Of a DNA stretch of 64,000 nucleotides, positions 9,349 through 18,528 are shown in pieces (positions within the stretch are counted from its first letter, which is position 1; every line of letters starts with the position of its first letter). This stretch comes from an uncultured Piscirickettsiaceae bacterium. Its GTDB lineage: Bacteria > Pseudomonadota > Gammaproteobacteria > GCF-002020875. A model generated the notes under the pieces. It had not been told where the DNA came from. It saw only the letters and a list, made by a program, of their open reading frames with translations, and did not search any database. The position numbers were made by a program, and so were the translations under genes. The stretch is taken from NCBI GenBank assembly GCA_964344135.1, contig CAYFMF010000002.1, positions 20,015 to 84,014 of the forward strand, in the 5' to 3' direction.

Positions 9349-10109
9349 TGAGACCACGCATCGCCGTCCACAAGTTCAGCTCCTGTGATGGATGCCAGCT
9401 CGCCTTCCTCAACCTGGGTGAGGCGCTGATTCAGCTTGCGGAGCTGGTGGAGATTGTCCACTTTGCAGAGGCGGGGATGGTCGATCCCGATGCCGAGGTG
9501 GCTGTCGCCTTTGTGGAGGGGAGCATCTCCACGCCAGATGACCTTGAGCGAATTCGGCAGATTCGAGAGCACTCGGAAAGGGTGATCACCATTGGTGCCT
9601 GTGCCACCTCAGGGGGGATCCAGGCGCTACGAAACATGGGCGGGGAGGGGTGGAGCGAGAGCCTCTACGCCTCTCCCGAATTCATTCAGACCCTCGCCTA
9701 CTCCACCCCGATCTCGGACCATGTCAGGGTCGATCTTGAGCTGTGGGGCTGCCCCATCCGTTCGCAACAGCTGCTTGCCGTGATCGTTGATCTGCTCCGC
9801 GGAGTGGCACCATCAACAGCGGATGAGGCGCTCTGCCAGAGCTGCAAGCGTAGCGGGGTGGTCTGCACCCTGGTCACTGCCGGAGCGCCATGCATGGGGG
9901 CGGTGACCCGAAGTGGGTGCGGTGCGGTCTGCCCCCAATTTGGACGCGACTGTTATGGCTGTACGGGGCCGGTTTCCGAGCCCAATACAGCCTCTCTGGG
10001 GCGCAGGCTGGAGGGGCTGGGGCTGGTGCCGGAGGAGGTGGAGCAGCGCTTCCGGATGATCCACTCTGGTGCGCCCCAGTTCAGGGAACAGGAGGAGACG
10101 GATGGCTGA
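9345..10109 (+). CDS. [NiFe]-hydrogenase small (delta) subunit, cytoplasmic type (no Tat signal)
   Basis: 254 aa. Cys ligand pattern for the proximal FeS cluster (SCDGCQ ... GACATSGG ... CP). Overlaps the large-subunit start. Confidence 0.8.
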   Translation: MMRPRIAVHKFSSCDGCQLAFLNLGEALIQLAELVEIVHFAEAGMVDPDAEVAVAFVEGSISTPDDLERIRQIREHSERVITIGACATSGGIQALRNMGGEGWSESLYASPEFIQTLAYSTPISDHVRVDLELWGCPIRSQQLLAVIVDLLRGVAPSTADEALCQSCKRSGVVCTLVTAGAPCMGAVTRSGCGAVCPQFGRDCYGCTGPVSEPNTASLGRRLEGLGLVPEEVEQRFRMIHSGAPQFREQEETDG

Positions 10110-11403
10110 TTCCGAGCGCACGATTCGTATCGAGGTGCCGGTGTTGGCCCGGATCGAGGGCGAGGGGGCGCTGGATCTGGTGCTCCGTGACCAGCAGATT
10201 GATTCACTCTCCCTCAGAATCTATGAGCCCCCCCGCTTCTTTGAGAAGTTCCTGGAGGGGCGTTCGGTTGCGGATGTGCCGGAGATGGTGGCGAGGATCT
10301 GTGGTATCTGCCCGGTGGCCTACCAGATGAGCGCAGTGGAGGCGCTGGAGGGGCTGTTCGGGGTTGAGGTTACCCCATGGGTCCGGGATATGCGCCGACT
10401 CTTCTACTGCGGGGAGTGGGTCCAGAGCCACAGCCTCCATATTCACCTGCTTGCCGCCCCCGATTTTCTCGGATATGAGAGTGCCATCGCGATGGCCAGG
10501 GAGTATCCGGACGAGGTGAGCAGGGGGTTGCGGCTCCAGGGGCTGGGCAACCGCCTCATCGCCCTGTTGGGAGGTCGGTCGGTCCATCCGGTTGGGGCTC
10601 GTATCGGGGGCTTCCACCATGCCCCCTCCCGGGAGGAGGTGGATCGTCTGCTTGCTGAGGTCGGAGCGGGGCTGGAGGATGCCGAGGCGCTGCTACGCTG
10701 GGTGGTGACGCTGGATCTGCCCGAGGATGAGCAGGCGTTCACCAGTGTAGCCCTGAGTGAGCCAGGTCGTTATCCGATGATTGGAGAGCAGATCATCTCG
10801 GACAGCGGGCTGGAGATTTCGGTTGCCGACTTTGAGTCCCGTTTCAGAGAATTTCAGGTTCCACACTCCACCGCATTTCATGCCCACCTGGATGGAAGTC
10901 CCTATCTGGTGGGGCCTCTGGCTCGCATTAACCTCCATTTTGAGCAGCTACCAGCCACAGTCAGGGCGCTATGCAGTGAGCTGGGTATTCAGTTCCCCAG
11001 CCGGAACATGTTCCATAGCGTGATCGCCCGCGCCGTTGAGCTCTATGCCGCACTTCATGAGGCGCGACAGCTGCTTGCCGACTACCGGATGCCGGACGCC
11101 CCATGGAGTGAATACAGCCCCCGTGCAGGAGTTGCATTTGGCGCAAGCTGTGCGCCACGCGGGATCCTCTGGCACCGCTATAAGGTGGATGAGGGTGGAA
11201 AGGTAGTGTCGGCCAGGATTGTACCCCCAACCAGCCAGAATCAGGCACGGATAGAGGAGGACCTCCGTGAATCGTTGGTCTCCTATGGGCTGGAGCGGGA
11301 TGAGGAGGAGATCAAGCTGCATGGTGAGAAGGTGATCCGTAACTATGACCCCTGTATCTCCTGTGCAACCCACTTTCTGAGACTTCGGGTTGAGCGAAAA
11401 TGA
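10102..11403 (+). CDS. [NiFe]-hydrogenase large (alpha) subunit
   Basis: Start at MADSERTIRIEV (ATGGCTGA overlap with the small subunit). N-terminal RICGIC motif and C-terminal DPCISCATH followed by a short cleavable tail (FLRLRVERK). Confidence 0.85.
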   Translation: MADSERTIRIEVPVLARIEGEGALDLVLRDQQIDSLSLRIYEPPRFFEKFLEGRSVADVPEMVARICGICPVAYQMSAVEALEGLFGVEVTPWVRDMRRLFYCGEWVQSHSLHIHLLAAPDFLGYESAIAMAREYPDEVSRGLRLQGLGNRLIALLGGRSVHPVGARIGGFHHAPSREEVDRLLAEVGAGLEDAEALLRWVVTLDLPEDEQAFTSVALSEPGRYPMIGEQIISDSGLEISVADFESRFREFQVPHSTAFHAHLDGSPYLVGPLARINLHFEQLPATVRALCSELGIQFPSRNMFHSVIARAVELYAALHEARQLLADYRMPDAPWSEYSPRAGVAFGASCAPRGILWHRYKVDEGGKVVSARIVPPTSQNQARIEEDLRESLVSYGLERDEEEIKLHGEKVIRNYDPCISCATHFLRLRVERK

Positions 11404-11882
11404 GCCGACCGGAGCGGGCGGTGATTGGTGTTGGCAGTCCGCTGGGGGAAGACCGATTTGGATGGCAGGTTGTCCACCATCTGCGGCAGCAGCCGGGTCT
11501 GGGGGATGAAAACAACATCGATCTGCTGACTGAGGATCGCCCCGGGGTGCTGCTGCTGGAGCGGATGCAGGGGTACCGGCAGGTTATTCTTGTTGATGGG
11601 CTGTTGTCAGAAGAGGGGAAGACCGGCTCAATCCACCATTTGGGGAGGGATCAACTGATTGCCCTATCCAGGGGGGCGCTCTCCACCCATGCTGCAGGTG
11701 TTGCCGAGGCGGTTGCCCTGGGAGATGTGCTGGACACGTTGCCGGAGCAGGTCATGCTTGTTGGCGCAGAACTCTCGGAGTGTGGTGATGAGCCTCCATC
11801 TGCTGACCTTGTTGAGCAGACTGCACTGGAGATCCAGAAGCTGCTTTCTGACGGAACGGAGCCCTATTCAATCGCTCTGTAA
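11400..11882 (+). CDS. Hydrogenase maturation endopeptidase (HycI/HoxW family)
   Basis: 160 aa. ATGA overlap with the large-subunit stop. Family-typical length and position. Confidence 0.7.
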   Translation: MSRPERAVIGVGSPLGEDRFGWQVVHHLRQQPGLGDENNIDLLTEDRPGVLLLERMQGYRQVILVDGLLSEEGKTGSIHHLGRDQLIALSRGALSTHAAGVAEAVALGDVLDTLPEQVMLVGAELSECGDEPPSADLVEQTALEIQKLLSDGTEPYSIAL

Positions 11883-11942
11883 CACCCCGTCAGGGAGGTG
11901 GTGCCCCAACATATCGATATCCTCAGGCAGGCCACTCTTCTT

Positions 11943-13106
11943 CTAGACCGTTGGAGCAGGCGCACTGAAGAGGCGTTGGTGTTCCGTGAGCGCGTAGCGG
12001 TCGGTCATCCCCGCGATGTAGTCGGCAACCACACGTGCACAGCTCCTCTCCCGTGCCGCAGAACCATCCCCCTGAACTCTCCCATAGGGCTCATCGGGCA
12101 GCAGCCGGGGCTCATCCATGAAGGCCTGGAACAGCTCGGTAAGGATGCGCTCCGCCTTTGCGCTCATGCGCATGACACGGTAGTGGCGGTAGAGTCCGTT
12201 CCAGAGGAACTGTTTCAGTTCACGGTTCAGCTCCATCTGCGTCCCGCTGAACTGAATCAGTGGGGTCGGGTGCTGTCGCACCGCATCAATGTCTGCAGGG
12301 TTGGCCTCTGAGATATTTCTCTGGCTGGTCTCGATCAGATCAACCACCAGCCGGTTGATCATGCGCCGTACCACCTCATGGATAGTGCGTCTCTGGTTGA
12401 GATCGGGGTGTTGCCGAACCACGACCTCATACTGCTCTCTGAAGAGGGAGACCTCCTGCAGCTGATCAATGGTCAGCAGCCCTGCACGCAGTCCATCATC
12501 GACATCATGGTTGTTATAGGCGATCTGGTCCGCCAGGTTGACCAGCTGGGCCTCCAGGCTGGGCTGGGTCCGGTTGAGGAAGCGCTCACCCACCTCGCCC
12601 AGTGATTTCGCATTTTCACCGCTGCAGTGTTTGAGGATCCCCTCGCGGGATTCAAAGGTGAGGTTGAGGCCCGGGAACTGGGCGTACTTCTCCTCCAGGT
12701 GATCCACCACACGAAGAGACTGAAAGTTGTGTTCGAATCCACCATGGGGACTCATGCAGTGGTTCAGTACGTCCTGTCCCGCATGGCCAAATGGTGTATG
12801 GCCGAGATCATGGGCCAGTGCAATCGCCTCGGTCAGATCCTCATTCAGCCGCAGGGTCCGTGCAATGGAGCGGCTGATCTGCGCCACCTCGATGCTGTGG
12901 GTGAGGCGGGTGCGGTAGAGGTCGCCCTCGTGGTTTACAAAGACCTGGGTCTTGTACTCCAGCCGTCGGAATGCGGTGGAGTGGACTATGCGGTCCCGAT
13001 CCCGCTGAAAGGCACTTCTGTACTCCGGGCTCTCCTCCGGATGAATCCGCCCCCGTGTAGAGCTGTCATGGGCGGCATAGGGGGCAAGATTGCAGGGGTC
13101 GGCCAT
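11943..13106 (-). CDS. dgt: dGTPase-like HD-domain phosphohydrolase (deoxyguanosinetriphosphate triphosphohydrolase-like)
   Basis: 387 aa, HD motif ([10 protein letters not shown]). Confidence 0.8.
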   Translation of the reverse strand: MADPCNLAPYAAHDSSTRGRIHPEESPEYRSAFQRDRDRIVHSTAFRRLEYKTQVFVNHEGDLYRTRLTHSIEVAQISRSIARTLRLNEDLTEAIALAHDLGHTPFGHAGQDVLNHCMSPHGGFEHNFQSLRVVDHLEEKYAQFPGLNLTFESREGILKHCSGENAKSLGEVGERFLNRTQPSLEAQLVNLADQIAYNNHDVDDGLRAGLLTIDQLQEVSLFREQYEVVVRQHPDLNQRRTIHEVVRRMINRLVVDLIETSQRNISEANPADIDAVRQHPTPLIQFSGTQMELNRELKQFLWNGLYRHYRVMRMSAKAERILTELFQAFMDEPRLLPDEPYGRVQGDGSAARERSCARVVADYIAGMTDRYALTEHQRLFSAPAPTV

Positions 13107-13117
13107 AGGGGGTTGGA

Positions 13118-14203
13118 TCAGCTACTCTGGCGGCAGTGGGCGAGCGTTTCGAGCAGCTTCTCTTGCGGGAACTGGTCGGTCACAACCGCCTCCCCGATCT
13201 GCCTCTGCAACACGAGGCGGATCCTGCCCGCCTCCGTCTTCTTGTCCACGGCCATCAGCTCCAGATAACGGGAGGGGTCAAGATCGGCAGGGCCAAGTAG
13301 CGGAAGGTTTGCCTGCTGAAGCAGCTGCTGCAGCCGTTCCACATCACCCCCCTCAATCCAGCCCAGACGCATGGAGAGGTCGGCAGCCATCACCATTCCG
13401 GCAGCAACGGCCTCGCCATGGAGCCAGGCCCCATATCCCATTCCCGCCTCAATGGCATGGCCAAAGGTGTGGCCGGAGTTGAGCAGGGCACGCTGCCCCG
13501 CCTCCAGTTCGTCTGCAGCGACCACCTGCGCCTTGTTTTCACAGGAGCGCTGAATGGCGTATGCGAGTGCAGCCGGGTCCCGAGCCGTCAGCTGCCCCAT
13601 GTTCTGTTCCAGCCAGGTGAAGAATCCGGGATCACGGATCAGCCCATACTTGATGACCTCGGCAATGCCGGCACTCAGTTGGCGATCATCCAGTGTATTG
13701 AGGCTGTCGGTATCGGCGATGACACAGCGGGGCTGATGGAAGGCCCCAATCATGTTCTTTCCGAGCGGGTGGTTGACCCCGGTCTTGCCGCCAACCGAGG
13801 AGTCCACCTGGGCCAGCAGTGTGGTCGGGATCTGGATAAAGTCGACACCGCGCTGATAGCTGGCGGCGGCATAGCCGGTAATGTCTCCTATGACTCCTCC
13901 TCCAAGGGCAACCAGTGTGCATTTGCGGTCAAAGCGTGCACCCAGCAGGGCGTCAAAGATGGTGTTCCAGGTCTCCAGGTTCTTGTACTGTTCGCCATCG
14001 GGCAGAATCAGATGCTCTGTCTGGTAGGAGTGAAAAGCCTCTCTGGTTTTTTCAAGGTAGAGCGGGGCGACCGTCTCATTGGTGACAATCATCACCTGCG
14101 TTCCCCGAATGTGGGGCTCAACCCACTGTGGATCACCAAGCAGGCCCGATCCAATGTGGATTGGGTAGCTTCTGGAACCGAGATCAACTTCCAGCGTATT
14201 CAT
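13118..14203 (-). CDS. aroB: 3-dehydroquinate synthase
   Basis: 361 aa, GGGVIGD NAD motif. Downstream of aroK as in the pilQ-aroK-aroB arrangement. Confidence 0.9.
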   Translation of the reverse strand: MNTLEVDLGSRSYPIHIGSGLLGDPQWVEPHIRGTQVMIVTNETVAPLYLEKTREAFHSYQTEHLILPDGEQYKNLETWNTIFDALLGARFDRKCTLVALGGGVIGDITGYAAASYQRGVDFIQIPTTLLAQVDSSVGGKTGVNHPLGKNMIGAFHQPRCVIADTDSLNTLDDRQLSAGIAEVIKYGLIRDPGFFTWLEQNMGQLTARDPAALAYAIQRSCENKAQVVAADELEAGQRALLNSGHTFGHAIEAGMGYGAWLHGEAVAAGMVMAADLSMRLGWIEGGDVERLQQLLQQANLPLLGPADLDPSRYLELMAVDKKTEAGRIRLVLQRQIGEAVVTDQFPQEKLLETLAHCRQSS

Positions 14204-14727
14204 AGTTTCTCAATTTTCTCAATCAATTCGGGGATCGCCTGCTGAACGGAGCGGTCATCGGTCTCCACTACAAGGTCAGCAACCTCCCGGTAGAGTGGAT
14301 CGCGTTGTGTCAGCAGATCCTGCAGCTTCTGTTTCGGGTTTCCGGTCTGCAGCAGGGGGCGGTTACGGTCCATCCGTGTGCGCTGAAACAGCTGTTCCAC
14401 CGTAGCGCTCAGGTAGAGAACCAGACCACGGGCGGCCAGGGCCTTGCGGTTTTCACTGCGCAGGATGGCGCCCCCACCGGTTGCCAGGACAATCCCCTTC
14501 TTCCGGGTCAGCTCATCAATAATGGCACTTTCGCGCTCCCGAAAGCCCGTCTCTCCCTCAATATCAAAGATGGTGGGGATGGAGACACCGGTACGCTCCT
14601 CGATTTCATGGTCGCTGTCGAGAAACTCCTTGCCCATGGACTCCGCCAGCCTCTTGCCAATGGTTGATTTCCCGGCACCCATCAGTCCAACCAGGAAGAT
14701 ATTCTTTGTTGTTCTGCTTTTGGCCAC
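14200..14727 (-). CDS. aroK: Shikimate kinase
   Basis: 175 aa, Walker [10 protein letters not shown]. Confidence 0.9.
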   Translation of the reverse strand: MAKSRTTKNIFLVGLMGAGKSTIGKRLAESMGKEFLDSDHEIEERTGVSIPTIFDIEGETGFRERESAIIDELTRKKGIVLATGGGAILRSENRKALAARGLVLYLSATVEQLFQRTRMDRNRPLLQTGNPKQKLQDLLTQRDPLYREVADLVVETDDRSVQQAIPELIEKIEKL

Positions 14728-16494
14728 TCAATGTTCTCCGGCTCTCTTCTCTTCAGGGAGAATGGATGGGGTGATGAAGATGAGGAGTTCACCCTTGCCA
14801 TCTGTCTCACTTTGGTTCTGGAACAGGGACCCAATAACGGGAAGATCGGCAAGCAGGGGAACCCGGTTCTCGGAGCTGGATTTTCGCTCTTCGTAGATGC
14901 CACCGATCACCAGGGTCTCACCATCATCCATCATGACCCGCGTCTTCACCTCCCGAGTGTCGACACTGGGTTCACATCCGCTGCAAAGGATAGCACCAAC
15001 CGCGTCCTTTTTGACCCGTAGTGTAAGGATAATTCGGTGATCCGGGGTGATTTGGGGGGTAACTCGCAGCTCCATGACCGCATCCTTGAAGCTGATATCG
15101 GTTCCACCGCTCAGGGTATCCGAGCGATAGGGGATCTGAACACCCTGCTGGATGATCGCCTCGTAGCCATCCGAGGTGATGATCTGTGGGCTGGCAATGA
15201 TTTCGGTACGCCCCTCGATCTGTGCTGCGGAGAGCTCCAGGTCAATCAGGCTTCCGGTGGACAGTTTGGCAAGTGTCAGCCCGATGCGCCCTGCTGGGCT
15301 GGTGGCCGGAAGGTTGACCGAGAGGCGACTGCTGTCACCCCCGATTCCGGGCCTGTTTCCGGATAGCGCACTGTCGGCTGCCTCACTGCTGCCGGAGAGG
15401 GAGAATCCCCACTGCTCCTGTGCGGAGTCCAGATGGGTAAAGCCCAGACGTGCCCCCAGCTCATGGCTGAAATCATCGGCAGCAATTACAATTCTGGACT
15501 CGATCAGTACCTGCCGGGAGGGGGTGTCCAGCTGCCTGATCAGGGCCCGGATCTGTTCCAGCCGCTCCTCGCTCTCCTGGATCAGGAGTGAGTTGGTCCG
15601 CTCATCCACACCCAGCACCCCACTCTGCGATAACAGGGGGTTCTTCTGGTCACTCTCCAGGGTCCTCTTCAGGTCGGCAGCATCCGAGTAGTGGAGCGGG
15701 ATGATCTCCGTGTGGACTTTCTGCGCAACAGATGGGGCCTCGCTGGAGGCAGGGGTTGGCTCCAGCGGTTCTGGCGGCTGTTGAGCACCGCTGACGATCA
15801 GAATCTCGCCCTGCTCCAGCAGTTGAAGCCGGTTCTGTTCAATCAGCAGATTGAAGGCATCCCTCCAGTGGACCTGACGCAGCTGAAGGGTGGTCGTCCC
15901 TGCAATGTCCCCATTGAGAATCAGATTCTGCCCTGCACTGCCTGCAATCTTTCTCAGTGCATCTGCAACCGGTTCCCGCTCCAGGGAGAGGTTGATCAGG
16001 CCGCCACCACCGGTGGATGGTTGCAGATGTTGAGTGTCACTCTCTCGGAACAGGGAGAGCTGCAGGGTCTGCCCACGGTTCAGGATGCGGTAGAGAAGGG
16101 GCTCCTGCATGGAGACCACACTCCGGACCCTCTCCCCGTTGGAGGCCACCTCGATCCCCTTCAGTGGGGGAGCGGTTTGGGGTGGGGATAGCTCGGGCTC
16201 CAGTCCACTATTCGGAAAATCGATAACCAGCTGTTGTGTTGCATGGATGGAGAAGAGCCTCGGTGTCGGGGCCGGCCGGGCAAAGTGGAACAGCAGTGTG
16301 GCGATGCTGTTCTCCATCGGCTCTCTACCCCTCTCCTTCAGGTGGGTGTTGGAGTGGTGGAGTTGCCCCCCCGTTTTCGGTTGCGGGGTTGTGGCGAATT
16401 CAATACTCAGGAGCCTGTTGTCTTCACTCGCCTCCCCCGCAGCAGCAGAGCAGGGTGTAGCAACAGCCAGCATGAGGATGGTTGTCAGGAGCAC
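14728..16494 (-). CDS. pilQ: Type IV pilus / competence secretin PilQ (about 585 aa, probable GTG start, signal peptide, C-terminal secretin domain)
   Basis: C-terminal secretin signature (...VPLLADLPVIGSLF...ELLIFITPSIL). Conserved pilQ-aroK-aroB linkage. Translating upstream shows no in-frame ATG before GTG at 16494. Confidence 0.8.
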   Translation of the reverse strand: MLLTTILMLAVATPCSAAAGEASEDNRLLSIEFATTPQPKTGGQLHHSNTHLKERGREPMENSIATLLFHFARPAPTPRLFSIHATQQLVIDFPNSGLEPELSPPQTAPPLKGIEVASNGERVRSVVSMQEPLLYRILNRGQTLQLSLFRESDTQHLQPSTGGGGLINLSLEREPVADALRKIAGSAGQNLILNGDIAGTTTLQLRQVHWRDAFNLLIEQNRLQLLEQGEILIVSGAQQPPEPLEPTPASSEAPSVAQKVHTEIIPLHYSDAADLKRTLESDQKNPLLSQSGVLGVDERTNSLLIQESEERLEQIRALIRQLDTPSRQVLIESRIVIAADDFSHELGARLGFTHLDSAQEQWGFSLSGSSEAADSALSGNRPGIGGDSSRLSVNLPATSPAGRIGLTLAKLSTGSLIDLELSAAQIEGRTEIIASPQIITSDGYEAIIQQGVQIPYRSDTLSGGTDISFKDAVMELRVTPQITPDHRIILTLRVKKDAVGAILCSGCEPSVDTREVKTRVMMDDGETLVIGGIYEERKSSSENRVPLLADLPVIGSLFQNQSETDGKGELLIFITPSILPEEKRAGEH

Positions 16495-16606
16495 CGCTAC
16501 CGGACCCAGAGGCTGGTGGGTGTGTGATGAGTTGCAGGTGGTATTGATGGATCGTATTCCTCCCGGATGTTATCGTAACAGCTGGTAAAAAGTTAAACGT
16601 GTCAAA

Positions 16607-17206
16607 TTGTTACAGCCCATTGAGCCCTTCGATATGACCTCCTCCTGCTACTCCCCATGGAAACTGCGTCAGTTTTCCCGCCTCTTCTTTTCTGGCGGGG
16701 TTTTTGCCTACCCGACAGAGTCGGTCTATGGGCTGGGGTGTGATCCCTGGAATCACGAGGCGGTCTTTCGGCTACTGAAGATCAAGCAGCGGGATCCATC
16801 AAAGGGGGTCATCCTGATCGCCTCTAGCGTTGATCAACTGATCCCATTTGTCTCACTGCCCGGGAGCTCGGACCGGAAGAGGTTGTCAGCGGTTCGGAAG
16901 AGGCCTACCACCTGGATTGTGCCCGTTTCAGCGGAGACACCATCATGGATCAGGGGAAGGCATCAGAGTGTCGCAGTACGAATAACGGGCTTCCCCCCGG
17001 TTGTTGAGCTGTGCAACCATGTTGGGTCACCGCTGGTCTCAACCAGTGCAAACCTGGCAGGCCATCCACCACAGCGTAGCGCCGTCTCAGTGAGACGCGC
17101 CATTGGAAATCAGTTGGATATGGTAGTTTCTGGTGCCACCGGAGGTTTCTTGTTGCCCAGTGAGATTCGGGATTTCCACTCTGGAGAGGTGATTCGTTCC
17201 GGCTGA
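16607..17206 (+). CDS. tsaC: L-threonylcarbamoyladenylate synthase (YrdC/Sua5 family)
   Basis: 199 aa. YrdC fold motifs (YPTESVYGLGCD, STSAN). Confidence 0.8.
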   Translation: MLQPIEPFDMTSSCYSPWKLRQFSRLFFSGGVFAYPTESVYGLGCDPWNHEAVFRLLKIKQRDPSKGVILIASSVDQLIPFVSLPGSSDRKRLSAVRKRPTTWIVPVSAETPSWIRGRHQSVAVRITGFPPVVELCNHVGSPLVSTSANLAGHPPQRSAVSVRRAIGNQLDMVVSGATGGFLLPSEIRDFHSGEVIRSG

Positions 17207-17289
17207 AAGGGGGGGCAATAATGGAGACAAAAAGTGTCTCATAGTGTATCATCAGTCCATCGATCAGGTGATTCTGTACGGGTGTAGAG

Positions 17290-17880
17290 ATGCTTCATAA
17301 TATCAAGGAGGTTTGTGAGCTGACGGGGAAGAGCCGTTCCAGCATCTATCGTATGTTCAGTCGCGGTGACCTGACCTATGTTGTGGGGAAGGATGGGAAA
17401 CGGCGCGTAGAGACCTCGGAGCTGTTGCGTGTTTTTGATGATGTCAACTTCAATGACTCCCCGACCCTTGCAGAGCCGGCGGATATCCCATCCAGCCCGG
17501 CATCCGGTGGGGATCCCTATGTCACTGCGAGAGAGCTGACAGACCTCAGGGGGCTGATTCATGACCTCAGATCGGAGCTGGATGATCTTCGGGAGGACAA
17601 CCGCCGACTGCTTCGCCTGCTGGAGTACCAGACTGTTCAGGGGTCGTCTCAGCCGCGGCAGGCAGCGCCCCAGCCAGAGGCCGTTGAGCCGCCGGACGAG
17701 GAGGCGGTACCGGTCACCGAGGTGGCAGACCAGGGCTGGAGGGCCTACCGTCAGCAACGGGCTGAACAGAACCGTAGCAGTCACTCGATGCCCGCGGCCA
17801 CAGCAGCCTCAGGGGTATTTGGTGAGTTAAGAGTCTGGCTGAGGAACTTCTTCTTTGGGGAGTGGCAGAAGAGGCCCTAG
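17290..17880 (+). CDS. AlpA/excisionase-like HTH DNA-binding protein with a C-terminal coiled coil / low-complexity region
   Basis: N-terminus IKEVCELTGKSRSSIYRMFSRGDL matches the AlpA/MerR-type HTH. The competing antisense ORF 17239..17784 is R/L-rich and judged spurious. Confidence 0.5.
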   Translation: MLHNIKEVCELTGKSRSSIYRMFSRGDLTYVVGKDGKRRVETSELLRVFDDVNFNDSPTLAEPADIPSSPASGGDPYVTARELTDLRGLIHDLRSELDDLREDNRRLLRLLEYQTVQGSSQPRQAAPQPEAVEPPDEEAVPVTEVADQGWRAYRQQRAEQNRSSHSMPAATAASGVFGELRVWLRNFFFGEWQKRP

Positions 17881-17922
17881 GAGGCTCTCTATTCTCTGAC
17901 AGTCTCCCAGGATCTTTCGACG

Positions 17923-18255
17923 TCAGATCTTGATACAGCACTCAATGCCGTACCTCTCCTCGATATAGTGCCCAAGTATTTTCTGTTGTTCTCTGGTGAG
18001 TTGAACACAGAGCAGGATCAGCTGTGCAAGACCGTCATCCTCTGCATAGAAGAAGGCAACAGGCACCTTCAGCACCCCGGCCAGCCTCGCAATGGTCTGA
18101 TCACCTGGGCGGTGGCGGTTGTTTTCATACTGGTTGATGCGGGGGCTGGCTGTCGCTGGATCAATGCCAATCTCCAGCCCCAGCTGTTTCTGGGACAGAC
18201 CCAGCTGCTGTCTCGCCTGCTTGAGGCGATCGCCAAATACGGTATGGTTACACAT
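17923..18255 (-). CDS. XRE-family (Cro/CI-type) HTH transcriptional regulator
   Basis: 110 aa. LKQARQQLGLSQKQLGLEIGIDPATASPRINQYENNRHRP is a classic XRE HTH. Divergent from the repeat-protein gene. Confidence 0.6.
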   Translation of the reverse strand: MCNHTVFGDRLKQARQQLGLSQKQLGLEIGIDPATASPRINQYENNRHRPGDQTIARLAGVLKVPVAFFYAEDDGLAQLILLCVQLTREQQKILGHYIEERYGIECCIKI

Positions 18256-18528
18256 CCTTCCTCTCTGAGTGCCCCATAATCAGTTGAGGCCTCCCCTCCA
18301 TTGCATTGAGTGTAGACACTTTATGTGGCACCGCCCATAAAAACAATTAAGTAATACTTAATGCTCTCTATTGTCTTGCTCGATGCCACCCCCCTGGTAT
18401 GCCGGTCGTGCGATCTCATCAGTTCGGTCAGGAGGTGAGGCGTTACGGTTAGGATGGTCTGGTGTTGAATGGGGGTTTGGACTAGACTCATTACTCACGA
18501 TTTGGGAAAAAGAGTTGGGGGATTGATT

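Noticed and set aside
16495-17300. Direct repeat of the tRNA-Ile2 3' end that would delimit an integrated island
   Set aside because: No recognisable copy of the tRNA 3' terminal sequence found by eye. The island interpretation is kept only as a remnant hypothesis.
17239-17784. 181-aa minus-strand ORF overlapping the AlpA-like gene
   Set aside because: R/L-rich, no recognisable domain. The plus-strand frame has a clean AlpA-type HTH.
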